Source: an uncultured Gemmatimonadales bacterium (lineage in GTDB: Bacteria; Gemmatimonadota; Gemmatimonadetes; Gemmatimonadales; GWC2-71-9). From it: 64,000 nt of DNA. The translations under genes and the position numbers were made by a program. This document shows, one piece after another, positions 40,909-53,180 of this stretch (positions within the stretch are counted from its first letter, which is position 1; every line of letters starts with the position of its first letter). The notes beneath the pieces are model-generated. The model made no database searches, had not been told where the DNA came from, and saw only the letters and a list, made by a program, of their open reading frames with translations. The stretch covers positions 74,699-138,698 of the forward strand of contig CAWGDK010000003.1 of the NCBI GenBank assembly GCA_963821385.1, read 5' to 3'.

Positions 40909-41620
40909 GGGTCGTTTCCTGGCGGGCCTTGTAGTGAATCGCCTCGACTTCCACTCCGCGCTCGCGCGCGACGCGCCGCGCCGTGGTCAGGCGCGACAGG
41001 CCGTTCATCGTCGCCCGCACCATGTTGTGCGGGTTGGTCGAGCCCAGGCTCTTGGTGAGGATGTCGCGCACGCCGGCGCACTCGAGCACGGCGCGCACCG
41101 GGCCCCCGGCGATCACGCCGGTGCCGCTGGCGGCCGGCTTCAGGAGCACCCGTCCGGCGCCATGCTCCCCGATGATCTCGTGCGGGATGGTGCCGCCGGT
41201 GAGCGGGATTTCGACCATGTGACGCCGGGCGGCTTCGACGGCTTTGCGCACCGCCTCGCTCACCTCGTTCGCCTTGCCGGTCGCCATGCCCACCTTCCCC
41301 TGGCTGTCGCCGACGGCAACGAGCGCGTTGAAGCTGAACCGCCGGCCGCCTTTGACGACCTTCGCCACCCGGTTGATGGCGATGACGTTCTCGACGATCC
41401 CGTCCGAATCCCGGCCCTGCCGGTCTCCGCCCGGCCGATCACCGCCCCGCCCGCGACCCCGCCCGCGACCACCCCGTCCGCCGCCCCCACCACCGCCGCC
41501 GCCGCCGCCGCGCCGCGGATGCTCCGCGGTGGTCGTGGTGGGAGTCGACTCGGCCGGCGTCGTGACCGTTTCGGGTGCCGTCTCGGGAGCCTGCGCCCCC
41601 GTGTCCTGTGGGTTCGTCAT
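40901..41620 (-). CDS. rpsE: 30S ribosomal protein S5 (long N-terminal Thr/Pro and Gly/Arg extension)
   Basis: [32 protein letters not shown]. Confidence 0.97.
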   Translation of the reverse strand: MTNPQDTGAQAPETAPETVTTPAESTPTTTTAEHPRRGGGGGGGGGGGRGGRGRGRGRGGDRPGGDRQGRDSDGIVENVIAINRVAKVVKGGRRFSFNALVAVGDSQGKVGMATGKANEVSEAVRKAVEAARRHMVEIPLTGGTIPHEIIGEHGAGRVLLKPAASGTGVIAGGPVRAVLECAGVRDILTKSLGSTNPHNMVRATMNGLSRLTTARRVARERGVEVEAIHYKARQETTHV

Positions 41621-41991
41621 TAGAACTCCAACCCGCCTTTCCGGGCGCCTTCGGCGACCGCTTTCACACGCCCGTGATACTGGTAGCCACCGCGGTCGAA
41701 TACGACCTTCGCGATGCCCTTCTCCTTGGCTTTGACCGCGATTAACCGGCCCAGGGCGAAGCTCTTCGCCGTCTTGCCGGTCCCGTCGATCGTGATGCCT
41801 TCGGTCCGATCGGACGCGCCCAACAGCGTGACGCCCTTGTCGTCGTCGACCACCTGGGCGTAGATGTGCTTGGACGAGCGAAACACGACGAGGCGCGGTC
41901 GCGCCGAGGTGCCGCGCACGCTCTTGCGGACGCGCAGGTGCCGCCGGGCGCGCCGGTGGGCCTGCGTCTTGATCTTTCGAATCGCTCGCAT
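41620..41991 (-). CDS. rplR: 50S ribosomal protein L18
   Basis: [27 protein letters not shown]. Confidence 0.97.
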   Translation of the reverse strand: MRAIRKIKTQAHRRARRHLRVRKSVRGTSARPRLVVFRSSKHIYAQVVDDDKGVTLLGASDRTEGITIDGTGKTAKSFALGRLIAVKAKEKGIAKVVFDRGGYQYHGRVKAVAEGARKGGLEF

Positions 41992-41994
41992 GGC

Positions 41995-42540
41995 TTACTT
42001 GGCCGCCTGGGCGGTCTTGCCGGCCTTGCGCCGGACCTGCTCGCCCACGTAGCGGATCCCTTTCCCTTTGTACGGCTCCGGCGGGCGCACGGCGCGCAGC
42101 TCGGCCGCGACCTGCCCCACCAGCTCCTTGTCCATGCCCTCGACCTTCACCTGCACGTTGTTGTCGACCGAGATCTTGATGCCCTTCGGCGCGTGGTAGG
42201 GCACCACGTGCGAGTATCCGACGATGAGTTGCACGCCGAACGGCTTGACTTCGGCTTTGTAGCCTACGCCCTGAATCTCCAGCGCCTTGGAAAACCCTTT
42301 GGTCACGCCCTCGACCATGTTGGCCACGAGAGTGCGTGTGAGCCCGTGCAGCGCCTTGTGGCGCGGCTCGTCGGAGGGGCGCCGTACGACGACCGTGTTG
42401 TCCTCGAGCGCCAGCGTCAGCTCCCGATGGACCGTGCGGCTGAGCTCGCCCTTGGGCCCTTTCACCGTGATGGCCTGCCCGGCGATCGTCGCCGACACAC
42501 CGGACGGCAGGGGCACGGGTCGCTTGCCGATACGAGACAT
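41995..42540 (-). CDS. rplF: 50S ribosomal protein L6
   Basis: [20 protein letters not shown]. Confidence 0.98.
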   Translation of the reverse strand: MSRIGKRPVPLPSGVSATIAGQAITVKGPKGELSRTVHRELTLALEDNTVVVRRPSDEPRHKALHGLTRTLVANMVEGVTKGFSKALEIQGVGYKAEVKPFGVQLIVGYSHVVPYHAPKGIKISVDNNVQVKVEGMDKELVGQVAAELRAVRPPEPYKGKGIRYVGEQVRRKAGKTAQAAK

Positions 42541-42550
42541 GGCGCGCCTC

Positions 42551-42946
42551 CTACCAGACCATCGCGAGCAGCTCGCCGCCCACCCGGGCGGTGCGGGCTT
42601 CGCGATCGGACATGACGCCGCGCGGCGTGCTGAGAATGGCCATCCCCAGCCCGTTCTTTACCCGGGGGATCTCGCGCGCCTTGACGTAGCGGCGGAGCCC
42701 TGGCGCGGACACGCGTTGCAGCTCGCGGATGACCGGCGCGTCGTTGTGGTATTTGAGGTAGAGCCGCAGCAATCCGAAACGCCCATCGTCCAGCACCTTG
42801 AAGTCCTGGATGTAATGGTTGTCGCGGAGCAGCCGCGAAATCTCGACCTTCAGTTTCGACACCGGCATGTCCACCCGGCGGTGGCCCGCCGTACAGGCGT
42901 TGCGCACCCGGGTGAGCATATCGGCGACGGGATCAGTCACACTCAT
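42551..42946 (-). CDS. rpsH: 30S ribosomal protein S8
   Basis: DPVADMLTRVRN, GLGMAILST, VGGELL. Confidence 0.97.
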   Translation of the reverse strand: MSVTDPVADMLTRVRNACTAGHRRVDMPVSKLKVEISRLLRDNHYIQDFKVLDDGRFGLLRLYLKYHNDAPVIRELQRVSAPGLRRYVKAREIPRVKNGLGMAILSTPRGVMSDREARTARVGGELLAMVW

Positions 42947-42961
42947 TCGGCCTCCCGCCCC

Positions 42962-43147
42962 TTACCAACTGGCTTTGCGGACGCCGGGGATTTCCCCCCG
43001 GAGCGCCAGCTCTCGGAAACAGATGCGGCACAACCCGAACTTGCGCAGCGTCGCGCGACTGCGGCCGCACCGCTGGCAGCGGTGGTACGCCCGCACTTTG
43101 AATTTCGGGGTCCGCTTGACGCGTTCGATCCAGCACTTCTTCGCCAT
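42962..43147 (-). CDS. rpsZ: 30S ribosomal protein S14, Zn-binding short type
   Basis: MAKK...RCQRCGR...[10 protein letters not shown]...IPGVRKASW, 61 aa. Confidence 0.95.
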   Translation of the reverse strand: MAKKCWIERVKRTPKFKVRAYHRCQRCGRSRATLRKFGLCRICFRELALRGEIPGVRKASW

Positions 43148-43158
43148 GCCGTTCTCTC

Positions 43159-43834
43159 CTAGCCCGCCGCGACAGGGGATTCGCCGCGGAAGGGCATGCC
43201 CATCTCGCGCAGCAACGCGATGGCCGTGTCGTCGCGGCCGGCGTTGGTGACGAACGTGATATCCATCCCGTGGATCTGCTCGACCTTGTCGTAGTCGATC
43301 TCCGGGAACACCATCTGCTCTTTGAGCCCTACCGTGTAGTTGCCCCGCCCGTCGAAGCTCTTGGTCGGGAGCCCGCGGAAATCCCGCATCCGCGGCACCG
43401 TGACCGAGATGAACCGGTCGAGGAACTCGTACATGCGCGCGCCCCGCAGCGTCACCGCGCACCCGATCGGCACGCCCTCGCGCAAGTTGAAGTTGGCAAT
43501 CGACTTCTTGGCGCGCGTCACTACCGGCCGTTGTCCCGTGATGGCACCCAGCTCGGCCACCGCAACCTCCAGGGCCTTCGGGTTCTTCAGCGCCTCCCCC
43601 ATGCCGACGTTCAGCACGATCTTCACGAGCTTCGGAATCTGGTGCCGGTTCGAGAACCCGAACTGCTGCTGCAGCGCGGGCCGCACCCGTTCCTCGTAGT
43701 AGGCGCGCAGCCGGGCCGGCGGCGCCGGCTCGGCCGGCGTCGTGTCGATCGACGGCCTCGGGCTTCGCCCCCTTCTGCTTGCCCTTGGGGTCTCCCCCAG
43801 GCGCCTTCTGCTTCTTTTCTTTCGTGTCCGCCAT
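43159..43834 (-). CDS. rplE: 50S ribosomal protein L5 (one apparent +1 indel near 43760)
   Basis: KIVLNVG, ITGQRP, FDGRGNY. The ATG at 43834 is out of frame by 1 nt (676 nt total); the conserved ARLRAYYEE lies upstream of the ORF-track start. Confidence 0.92.
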
Positions 43835-43836
43835 GG

Positions 43837-44220
43837 CTACCTCACCCGCGGGATCGGCTGACCGGACCGGACCGCGATCCGCTCGACCGTCCCATCCTTG
43901 TCCCGCCGCCGCCGCACCCGCGTCGGGTTCCCCGATTTGGGATCGAGCAGCATCACCTTGGAGGCCGCGATCGGTGCCGGCATCTCGATGATCTTGCTCT
44001 CCTGCTCCGGCGTCCGCGCCTTCTGGTGCTTCTTCACGATGTTCACGCCTTCGACCGTGACCCGGAACGTCTTGGGGTAGACGTGCAGCACGCGCCCATC
44101 CTTGCCGCGATCGTCCCCGCGGATCACCCGCACCGTGTCGCCCTTGGCGACGTGCAGCTTGTGACGGACCGGCTCCGTGCCGCGCACCCGCCGCGACTTC
44201 TTATAGACGAGCGGCTTCAT
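43837..44220 (-). CDS. rplX: 50S ribosomal protein L24
   Basis: [26 protein letters not shown]. Confidence 0.96.
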   Translation of the reverse strand: MKPLVYKKSRRVRGTEPVRHKLHVAKGDTVRVIRGDDRGKDGRVLHVYPKTFRVTVEGVNIVKKHQKARTPEQESKIIEMPAPIAASKVMLLDPKSGNPTRVRRRRDKDGTVERIAVRSGQPIPRVR

Positions 44221-44221
44221 G

Positions 44222-44590
44222 TCAGATCACCTCCGGCGCGAGCGACACGATCTTCATGAACTTCTTTTCGCGCAGCTCGCGGCCGACCGGGCCGAAAATG
44301 CGGGTGGCCCGTGGCTCGCCCGTATCGGTGATCAGCACCGCGGCGTTCTCGTCGAACCGGATGTAGGACCCATCCCGGCGTTTCGTCTCTTTGGCTGTCC
44401 GCACGATCACCGCCTTCGCCACCTCGCCCTTCTTGATCTGGCCGGTGGGGATGGCGTCCTTGATCGTGACGACCACGATGTCGCCGAGTCCCGCGTAGCG
44501 CCGCTTGGACCCGCCGAGCACGCGGATCACGAGCGCTCTGCGCGCGCCCGAGTTATCCGCGATCTTGAGAATCGATTCCTGCTGTACCAC
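44222..44590 (-). CDS. rplN: 50S ribosomal protein L14
   Basis: [25 protein letters not shown]. Confidence 0.98.
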   Translation of the reverse strand: MVQQESILKIADNSGARRALVIRVLGGSKRRYAGLGDIVVVTIKDAIPTGQIKKGEVAKAVIVRTAKETKRRDGSYIRFDENAAVLITDTGEPRATRIFGPVGRELREKKFMKIVSLAPEVI

Positions 44591-44605
44591 GGTCCCCTCC
44601 CGGCC

Positions 44606-44857
44606 TTACTTCGCGCGCTCGACGATTTCAACTACGCGCCAGCGCTTGGTCTTGGAGAGCGGACGCGATTCCACGATGCGGACCGTGTCGCCCGCCTTGG
44701 CGCCCTGCTCGTCGTGGGCCGCCACCGTCTTGGTGCGGACCACCTGCTTGCCGTAAAAGCCGTGCGCGAAGCGGCGCACCAGCGCCACGGTCACGGTCTT
44801 CTGCATTTTGTCGCTCACCACGACCCCAGTGCGCGTCTTGCGACGGCCCCTCATCAT
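44606..44857 (-). CDS. rpsQ: 30S ribosomal protein S17
   Basis: [22 protein letters not shown]. Confidence 0.96.
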   Translation of the reverse strand: MMRGRRKTRTGVVVSDKMQKTVTVALVRRFAHGFYGKQVVRTKTVAAHDEQGAKAGDTVRIVESRPLSKTKRWRVVEIVERAK

Positions 44858-45054
44858 GCCTGCCTCCGCTCGCGCAGAATGGTCTCGATCCGCGCGATGT
44901 CGCGCCGGATACTGCGGAACTGGAGCGGATTGGGAAGTGCCTCGGTGCCCGTCCGGAACCGCAGCCGGAACCGCTCTTCCCGCAGGCCGGACAGCTTGTG
45001 CTGCAGCTCGTCGTCCTTGAGCTGCCGCAGATCGTCGGGACGCTGCCTCGCCAT
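44854..45054 (-). CDS. rpmC: 50S ribosomal protein L29
   Basis: FRLRFR...[12 protein letters not shown]. Confidence 0.94.
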   Translation of the reverse strand: MARQRPDDLRQLKDDELQHKLSGLREERFRLRFRTGTEALPNPLQFRSIRRDIARIETILRERRQA

Positions 45055-45468
45055 CTACCGCTCCTCCCGTTTCACGAACTTCGACAACAGCGGCAACTTC
45101 GCCGCGGCGAGGTTCAACGCATGACGTGCCAGCGTCTCCTCGATGCCCTCGACCTCGAACATCACCCGGCCCGGCTTCACCACGGCGACCCACCCTTCGG
45201 GGTTGCCCTTCCCTTTTCCCATCCGGGTCTCGGCGGGCTTCTTGGTGATCGGCTTATCCGGAAAGATCCGGATCCACACCTTGCCGCCCCGCTTCATCTC
45301 CCGCGTGAGCGCCACTCGGGCCGCTTCGATCTGACGGTTCGTAATCCAGCCCGGCTCGAGCGACATCAGGCCGTAGTGGCCGAACGCCACGGTGTTGCCC
45401 CGGGTCGCCAGACCGTTGGTGTTGCCCTTGAACCGCTTGCGGAACTTGACGCGCTTGGGTGCCAACAT
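45055..45468 (-). CDS. rplP: 50S ribosomal protein L16
   Basis: [25 protein letters not shown]. Confidence 0.98.
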   Translation of the reverse strand: MLAPKRVKFRKRFKGNTNGLATRGNTVAFGHYGLMSLEPGWITNRQIEAARVALTREMKRGGKVWIRIFPDKPITKKPAETRMGKGKGNPEGWVAVVKPGRVMFEVEGIEETLARHALNLAAAKLPLLSKFVKREER

Positions 45469-45470
45469 GG

Positions 45471-46131
45471 TCAGGCGCCCGTCGAGTACGTGCGGCCCGA
45501 CATCTCCTCGGTCCGCTCACCTTTGAAAATCCACACCTTCACACCGATCGTCCCGTAGGTCGTCTTCGCGGTCGACGTGGCGTAATCCACGTCGGCCCGG
45601 AGCGTGTGCAGCGGCACCCGGCCCTCATGGTAGCCTTCCACGCGCGCGATTTCGGCGCCGCCCAGGCGGCCGCCGCACTTGATCTTGATGCCCTGCGCGC
45701 CCATGCGCATCGCGCTCTGGACCGCTCGTTTCATGGCGCGGCGGAACGAAATCCGCTGCTGCAGCTGATGCACCACGCTGTCGCCCACCAGCTGCGCATC
45801 CAGCTCGGGCCGCTTGATCTCCTCGACGTTGATGCCGACTTCTTTCCCCGTCAGCTGGGCCAGCTCATCACGCAGCTTGTCCACCTCGGCGCCGCGCTTG
45901 CCGATCACCACGCCCGGACGTCCCGTGTGCACCGTCACCGTCGACCTTGCCGGGGCGGCGCTCGATGTGGATGTCCGCGATCGCCGCGTGGGAGAGCCGC
46001 GTCTTCAGGTAGCGGCGAATGAGATCGTCTTCCTTCAAGAGCTCGGGGAAGTTGCGCCGCGCGTAATAACGCGAGCGCCACGGCTTGACGATCCCGAGCC
46101 GGAAGCCGTAGGGATGTACTTTCTGGCCCAC
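45471..46131 (-). CDS. rpsC: 30S ribosomal protein S3 (one apparent +1 indel near 45943)
   Basis: N-terminal half [13 protein letters not shown] and C-terminal half [10 protein letters not shown]...[10 protein letters not shown] are in different frames; 661 nt total. Confidence 0.95.
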
Positions 46132-46632
46132 TTATTTGCTCCCTTTCCGTTTGGCGGCCGTTGTCTTCTTCCCGGCCGTCGCCTTCTTGTCCTCGGCCTT
46201 CTTTCCCGCCGCCTTGGCCTTCGGGCGCGCCGCCTTCTCCGCCGCCGCGGCCGCGGTGGGCGCCGCCGGCTTCGGCTTGGCCCCTTCGACCGCCGCCACA
46301 TGAATCTCCACGTGGCTCGTCCGCTTGCGGATCGGCGTGGCGCGGCCCATGGCGGCCGACGTAAAGCGCTTCAGGGCCGGCCCGTCATTCACCACCGCGT
46401 AGCCGACGCGCAGGGCGTCGACATCGAGCGGCACGTTCTCCCGCAGCGCCCGCTGCTCGGCATTGGCCACGGCCGACTTCAGCACCTTGTGGATCTGCTT
46501 CGCCGCGCCCTTCTTCGAGAAGCGCAGAATGGCGTACGCCTCCGGCACCGCGCGACCCCGGATCTGATCAATCACCAGGCGCATCTTGCGCGCCGACTGG
46601 CGCACCGACCGTTGAATCGCTCGCGCTTCCAT
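46132..46632 (-). CDS. rplV: 50S ribosomal protein L22 (Lys/Ala-rich C-terminal tail)
   Basis: SARKMRLVID, SAVANA, KRTSH. Confidence 0.96.
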   Translation of the reverse strand: MEARAIQRSVRQSARKMRLVIDQIRGRAVPEAYAILRFSKKGAAKQIHKVLKSAVANAEQRALRENVPLDVDALRVGYAVVNDGPALKRFTSAAMGRATPIRKRTSHVEIHVAAVEGAKPKPAAPTAAAAAEKAARPKAKAAGKKAEDKKATAGKKTTAAKRKGSK

Positions 46633-46635
46633 GGG

Positions 46636-46947
46636 TTACTCCGGTGCCTTTTCCGCGGCTTTCGCCTCGGCCTCGCGCTCCGCGGCCGTCTTGGTCGTGT
46701 GGCCGCGGAACAGGCGCGTGGCGGAAAACTCGCCCAGTTTGTGCCCCACCATGTTCTCGGTCACGTACACGGGGACGAACTTGTTCCCGTTGTGCACCGC
46801 CAGCGTGTGCCCCACGAACTCGGGAGTGATCGTGCTGCGTCGCGACCAGGTCTTGAAGACCTTCTTCTCGTTCCGGTCGTTCAGGCCCTGGATCTTCTTC
46901 AGGAGCGACAGCTCCACGTACGGGCCCTTTTTCACCGAACGTGCCAT
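46636..46947 (-). CDS. rpsS: 30S ribosomal protein S19
   Basis: [24 protein letters not shown]. Confidence 0.98.
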   Translation of the reverse strand: MARSVKKGPYVELSLLKKIQGLNDRNEKKVFKTWSRRSTITPEFVGHTLAVHNGNKFVPVYVTENMVGHKLGEFSATRLFRGHTTKTAAEREAEAKAAEKAPE

Positions 46948-47788
46948 TACTGCGTCGCCTTCCCGCGCCTACGCCCGCGCACGATGAGTTTCGTCGAAGC
47001 CTTCTTTTTGTGTCGCGTCTTCTTGCCTTCGGGCTTGCCCCACGGCGAGACCGGAGGCCGACCTCCCGAGGACTTGCCTTCGCCGCCGCCCAGCGGATGA
47101 TCCACCGGGTTCATGGCGACGCCACGCACGCGGGGCCGCCGCCCCAGCCAGCGGGTCTTGCCCGCCTTGCCCACCGACTGCAGCTCGTGCTCCGCGTTGC
47201 CGACCTCACCGATCGTGGCCAGGCACTCGCCCCGCACCATCCGCATTTCGGTCGAGCGCAGCCGCAGCGTCACGTAGTTGCCTTCTTTCGCCACGACCTG
47301 CGCGGCGGTGCCTGCCGAACGGCACATCTGCCCGCCGCGGCCGATCTTCAGCTCCACGTTGTGCACCGTGGTGCCGAGCGGCACCTCGAACAGCGGCATG
47401 CGCGTTGCCGGTGCGGATGTCCGAGCCCGGCCCGGACACGATCTTGTCGCCCACGCCGCAGGCCCTTGGGGTGCAGGATGTAGCGCTTCTCGCCGTCGGC
47501 ATACACGATCAACGCGATGCGCCCGGTCCGATTCGGATCGTACTCGATCGCGCTCACGGTGCCGGTCACGCCGAACTTCTCGCGTCGAAAATCGATGCGC
47601 CGGTACTGCCGCTTGTGGCCGCCACCTTGATGCCGCGTGGTGATGTGTCCCTGGTTGTTGCGGCCACCAGTGCGGCGCAGCGGCTCGACCAGCGACTTTT
47701 CCGGAGTCGACTTCGTGACCTCGGCGAAGTCCGCCACCGACCGAAACCGTGTGGCCGGGGTCACCGGTTTGAACTGTCGAATGCTCAT
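46947..47788 (-). CDS. rplB: 50S ribosomal protein L2 (two apparent +1 indels near 47458 and 47402)
   Basis: [30 protein letters not shown] spread over three frames; 842 nt total. Confidence 0.95.
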
Positions 47789-47789
47789 A

Positions 47790-48077
47790 TCAGCCCTCGA
47801 AGACCTGGATCGTGTCGCCTTCTTTCAGCGTCACGATCGCCTTCTTCCATGCTGGCCGGCGGCCCACATGCCGGCCATAGCTGCGCCGCTTGGCGCGCAT
47901 GACGAGCGTGCGGACGTCGGTCACGGTCACGTTGAACAACGCTTGAATCGCGGTGCGGATCTGCGGCTTCGTCGCCTCAGAGTGAACGCGGAACGCGTAT
48001 TCCTTGCGCGCCTGATACGCGGCCGAGGACTTCTCGGTCACCACCGGCCCGACGATCAGCTGGTGCAGATCAGGCAT
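47790..48077 (-). CDS. rplW: 50S ribosomal protein L23
   Basis: [15 protein letters not shown]. Confidence 0.96.
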   Translation of the reverse strand: MPDLHQLIVGPVVTEKSSAAYQARKEYAFRVHSEATKPQIRTAIQALFNVTVTDVRTLVMRAKRRSYGRHVGRRPAWKKAIVTLKEGDTIQVFEG

Positions 48078-48714
48078 CATCGCCTCCCGACTCCACTTCG
48101 GCGCCCGTGAACGCCGTCGCCTCGACGACCACCGCGTTGGACCACAGCACGTCGTACGCCGTCGCGTCGGCGAAGCGCTGTACCCGTACCCCCTCGATGT
48201 TGCGGCCCGAGAGGTAGACGTTGTGCGCCGTCGGCGAATCGGCCGTCAGCAGCAGCACCTTCTTCGCCTCGAGCCCGAGCTTGCCCAGCAGCTCCACCAG
48301 CGGCTTCGTTTTGGGCTTCTCGTAGGCGAGCGGATCCACCACCAGCACCGCGCCTTCGCGGGCGCGCGCGTTGAGGGCGGATTTCTTGGCGATCTGCCGC
48401 ACCTTCTTCGGAATCCCGAGCCGGTAGTCGCGGGGATGCGGCCCGAAGACCACACCGCCGTGACGCCAGTGCGGCGCCCGCGTCGAGCCCTGGCGGGCGC
48501 GGCCGGTGCCCTTCTGCTTCCACGGCTTCTGATTGCCGCCCGAGACGAAGCTGCGTGTCTTGGTGGCCGCCGTGCCCTGGCGCTGGTTCGCGAGATAGGT
48601 GACCACGGCGCGATGCAGCACGTCCTCGTTCACGCGGCCGTCGAAAATCGACTCCGGCAGCGCGATCGCCTTCTTCTTCGCCCCGGCCGGGGAAAAGTGC
48701 GGTGCCTCAATCAT
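48070..48714 (-). CDS. rplD: 50S ribosomal protein L4
   Basis: RQGT..TKTRS.VSGG, QKGTGRARQG, GGVVFGP. Confidence 0.97.
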   Translation of the reverse strand: MIEAPHFSPAGAKKKAIALPESIFDGRVNEDVLHRAVVTYLANQRQGTAATKTRSFVSGGNQKPWKQKGTGRARQGSTRAPHWRHGGVVFGPHPRDYRLGIPKKVRQIAKKSALNARAREGAVLVVDPLAYEKPKTKPLVELLGKLGLEAKKVLLLTADSPTAHNVYLSGRNIEGVRVQRFADATAYDVLWSNAVVVEATAFTGAEVESGGDDA

Positions 48715-49327
48715 GGCGGCTCTTGCCTCCCTGCTTGCGCACCGTGACCAGCCCGTTCATCGGACCCGGCACGGCTCCGCGCACGAACAACAGGTTTTTC
48801 TCCGCGTCCACCCGCACCACGATGAGGCCGAGCTCGGTGGTCCGGCGCGCCCCCATGTGGCCCGGCATGCGCTTGCCCTTGATGATGCGGGACGGATCGG
48901 TCCCCGGCGCGATAGAGCCGGGCTTGCGATGCCGGGTGTTACCGTGCGTCGCCGGCCCGCCACCGAAGTGGTACCGGTGCACGACGCCCTGGAACCCGCG
49001 GCCCTTACTGACGCCGGTGACCTTCACGCGCTCACCCGGGGCGAAGATCGCGACGGTCAACTGGTCGCCCGCCTTGGGTGGGTCACCCGCCAGCGGGAAA
49101 CTCCGCAGGACGCGGGGCGCCGTTTCCAGCCCCGCCAGCTTGGCGTGTCCCAGCAGCGCTTTCGCGGTGCGCTTGGGTTTCTTGGCCTCGAAGCCGATCT
49201 GCACGCGGTCTCCGGCGATCTGGACCACCGGGCATGGGCCGGCCTCGATGACGGTCACGGGCACGTGGGTGCCCTCCTCATTGAAGAGGCGCGTCATTCC
49301 GAGCTTGCGTCCGATGAGTGCGTTCAT
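48707..49327 (-). CDS. rplC: 50S ribosomal protein L3
   Basis: GRKLGMT, SKGRGFQG, KGKRMPGHMG, GAVPG. Confidence 0.97.
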   Translation of the reverse strand: MNALIGRKLGMTRLFNEEGTHVPVTVIEAGPCPVVQIAGDRVQIGFEAKKPKRTAKALLGHAKLAGLETAPRVLRSFPLAGDPPKAGDQLTVAIFAPGERVKVTGVSKGRGFQGVVHRYHFGGGPATHGNTRHRKPGSIAPGTDPSRIIKGKRMPGHMGARRTTELGLIVVRVDAEKNLLFVRGAVPGPMNGLVTVRKQGGKSRHD

Positions 49328-49361
49328 GAATCGCTCTCAGCTGTCAGCCGGTGGCTGTCAG
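49328..49361 (-). repeat. GCTGA-core short tandem repeats between rpsJ and rplC
   Basis: mRNA strand: (TA)GCTGACAGCCACCGGCTGACAGCTGAGAGC. Confidence 0.6.
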
Positions 49362-49670
49362 CTACTCCACTTTGATCTCGACATCCACGCCTGCGGGGAG
49401 GTCGAGTTTGGTCAAGGCATCCACCGTTTGCGAGCGGGAATCGAGGATGTCGATCAGCCGCTTGTGCGTCTTCAACTCGAATTGCTCCCGGCTCTTCTTG
49501 TCGATGTGCGGGCTCCGCAGCACCGTCCACATCTGGCGCTTGGTCGGCAGCGGAATCGGGCCGGACACCTGGGCGCCCGTCTTCTCCGCGGTGCGCACGA
49601 TGTCGGCCGCCGCCTGATCGATCAGCGCGTGGTCGAATGCCTTGAGCCGGATGCGAATTTTGCTGGCCAT
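49362..49670 (-). CDS. rpsJ: 30S ribosomal protein S10
   Basis: [23 protein letters not shown]. Confidence 0.98.
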   Translation of the reverse strand: MASKIRIRLKAFDHALIDQAAADIVRTAEKTGAQVSGPIPLPTKRQMWTVLRSPHIDKKSREQFELKTHKRLIDILDSRSQTVDALTKLDLPAGVDVEIKVE

Positions 49671-49682
49671 TGAAAAACCTCT

Positions 49683-49724
49683 CTATCAGCTGTCAGCTGA
49701 ACGCTGATGGCTGAATGCTGATCG
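49683..49724 (-). repeat. 7-nt-period TCAGC/GCTGA repeats between tuf and rpsJ
   Basis: mRNA strand: CGATCAGCATTCAGCCATCAGCGTTCAGCTGACAGCTGATAG. Confidence 0.65.
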
Positions 49725-50927
<1,203 letters not shown>

Positions 50928-50945
50928 TGCTGACCTCTCCTCTGT

Positions 50946-53042
50946 CTAGCCTTTCACCTTCGCCATGATTTCTTCGGCCTTCGATTTCGGCACTTCCTGG
51001 TAATGACTGAACTGCATGCTGTAGATGGCGCGGCCCTGGCTCATGGAGCGCAGCGTCGTCGAGTAGCCGAACATCTCGGACAGCGGGACGCTGGCGGCGA
51101 CGACATGCGCGTCGGCGCGCTGCGTCATGCCCCCGATCTTGCCGCGGCGTGAAGACAGGTCGCCCATCACCTCACCCATGTAGTCGCCCGGGGTCACCAC
51201 CTCGACGTCCATGATCGGCTCGAGCAGCACGGGATGCGCCTGCCGGGCCGCTTCCTTCACGGCCATCGAGCCGGCGATCTTGAACGCCATCTCGCTCGAA
51301 TCGACGTCGTGGGAGGAGCCGTCCACCAGCTCCACCTTCACGTCCACCATCGGATAGCCCGCCAGCACGCCGTTCTCGAGCGCTTCCTTCACGCCCTGCT
51401 CGACCGGCCCGATGTACTCCCGGGGGACCGAGCCGCCGACCACCTTGTCTTCGAACACGAACCCGGTGCCCGGCTCGCCCGGCTCCATGTTGATCACCAC
51501 ATGCCCGTACTGGCCGCGGCCGCCCGTCTGGCGGATGAACTTGCCTTCCACGTACTCCACCCGTTTGCGCACGGTCTCGCGGTAGGCCACCTGCGGGCGC
51601 CCGACGTTTGCCTCGACCTTGAACTCGCGCTTCATCCGGTCGACGATGATTTCCAGGTGCAGCTCGCCCATGCCGGAGATGATCGTCTGCCCCGTTTCCG
51701 TGTCGGTGTGGACGCGGAACGTGGGGTCTTCCTCGGACAGCTTCTGCAACGCGATCGACAGCTTGTCCTGGTCGGCTTTCGTCTTGGGCTCGATGGCGAC
51801 CGAAATGACCGGGTTCGGAAACCGCATCGCCTCGAGGATGATGGGGTTTTCCTCTTTGCACAGCGTGTCGCCGGTCTTCGTATCCTTCAGCCCGATCGCG
51901 GCGGCGATGTCGCCGGCGCGCACTTCCTCGAGCTCCTCGCGCTTGTTGGCGTGCATCTGCAGCAATCGGCCGATACGCTCGCGGCGGTCCTTGGTGCTGT
52001 TGTAGACGTAGGAGCCGGCCGCAAGCACGCCCGAATACACCCGGAAGAACGTCAGTTTCCCCACGTAGGGATCAGTCGCGATCTTGAACGCGAGCGCGGC
52101 GAAGGGCTGCTCGTCCGAAGCCTGGCGCTCGATATGGGTCGCGTCGTGGTGCGGCAGATGCCCCTGAATCGCGGGCACATCGATGGGCGCCGGCAGGTAG
52201 TCCACCACGGCGTCGAGTAGCTGTTGCACGCCTTTATTCTTGAAGGCAGCGCCTGCGATGACCGGGACGACATGTCCCGCAATGGTCGCCTTGCGCAGCA
52301 CGATGTTGATCTCTTCAACGCTCAGCTTGTGGCCTTCGAGATACTTGTGCAAGATCGCGTCGTCGTGCTCCACCACCGCTTCCAGCAGTTGGTGGCGCAT
52401 CTCGGCCACCTTGGCCTCGAGTGCCTGCGGCACCGGGCCCTCCACGTACTTCTTGCCCATCGAGTCGTCGTCGTACACGATCTCGATCTGCCGGATCAGG
52501 TCGATCACGCCGGTAAACAGCTCGCCCGACCCCAGCGGCAGCTGGATCGGGATCGCCTTGGCGCCGAGTCGCTCCCGCACCATCGACAGGCAGCGATCGA
52601 AGTCGGCCCCCACCCGGTCCATCTTGTTCACGAACACGATGCGCGGCACGCCGTAGCGGTCCGCCTGGCGCCACACCGTCTCGGTCTGGGGCTCGACGCC
52701 GCCCACCGCGTCGAGCACGGTCACGGCCCCGTCCAGCACACGGAGACTGCGCTCCACTTCGACGGTGAAATCGACGTGGCCCGGCGTATCGATGATGTTG
52801 ATGCGGAAAGATTCGCCGCGGCGCGGCCAGAAGCAGGTGGTGGCGGCGGACGTGATCGTGATCCCCCGCTCCTGCTCCTGCTCCATCCAGTCCATCGTGG
52901 CCGTACCGTCGTGCACCTCACCCAGCTTGTAGGTGCGGCCCGTGTAATAGAGGATACGCTCGGTCGTGGTCGTTTTCCCGGCATCAATGTGGGCCATGAT
53001 GCCGATATTCCGAATCCGTTCGAGCGGTGTCGTGCGTGGCAT
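50946..53042 (-). CDS. fusA: Elongation factor G
   Basis: [36 protein letters not shown]. Confidence 0.99.
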   Translation of the reverse strand: MPRTTPLERIRNIGIMAHIDAGKTTTTERILYYTGRTYKLGEVHDGTATMDWMEQEQERGITITSAATTCFWPRRGESFRINIIDTPGHVDFTVEVERSLRVLDGAVTVLDAVGGVEPQTETVWRQADRYGVPRIVFVNKMDRVGADFDRCLSMVRERLGAKAIPIQLPLGSGELFTGVIDLIRQIEIVYDDDSMGKKYVEGPVPQALEAKVAEMRHQLLEAVVEHDDAILHKYLEGHKLSVEEINIVLRKATIAGHVVPVIAGAAFKNKGVQQLLDAVVDYLPAPIDVPAIQGHLPHHDATHIERQASDEQPFAALAFKIATDPYVGKLTFFRVYSGVLAAGSYVYNSTKDRRERIGRLLQMHANKREELEEVRAGDIAAAIGLKDTKTGDTLCKEENPIILEAMRFPNPVISVAIEPKTKADQDKLSIALQKLSEEDPTFRVHTDTETGQTIISGMGELHLEIIVDRMKREFKVEANVGRPQVAYRETVRKRVEYVEGKFIRQTGGRGQYGHVVINMEPGEPGTGFVFEDKVVGGSVPREYIGPVEQGVKEALENGVLAGYPMVDVKVELVDGSSHDVDSSEMAFKIAGSMAVKEAARQAHPVLLEPIMDVEVVTPGDYMGEVMGDLSSRRGKIGGMTQRADAHVVAASVPLSEMFGYSTTLRSMSQGRAIYSMQFSHYQEVPKSKAEEIMAKVKG

Positions 53043-53180
53043 TGCAGTCCTTTATTCAGCAAAAAGACGGGGCGACCGTGGCGCCCATGAGGGCCGGTCT
53101 CGCTCCGCCACCATCGGGGGGACGTGCCCCCTCGATGCAGGATCCCTTAACCCAGGGTCCCGAGTTGTCCGTTTAGCGGT

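Noticed and set aside
41455-41515. GGC/GGT microsatellite as a contingency locus
   Set aside because: It encodes the in-frame poly-Gly tract of S5 with mixed codons; it is not a pure slippage tract.
43159-47788. rplE, rpsC and rplB as pseudogenes
   Set aside because: Essential genes with otherwise intact, conserved sequence inside an intact operon.
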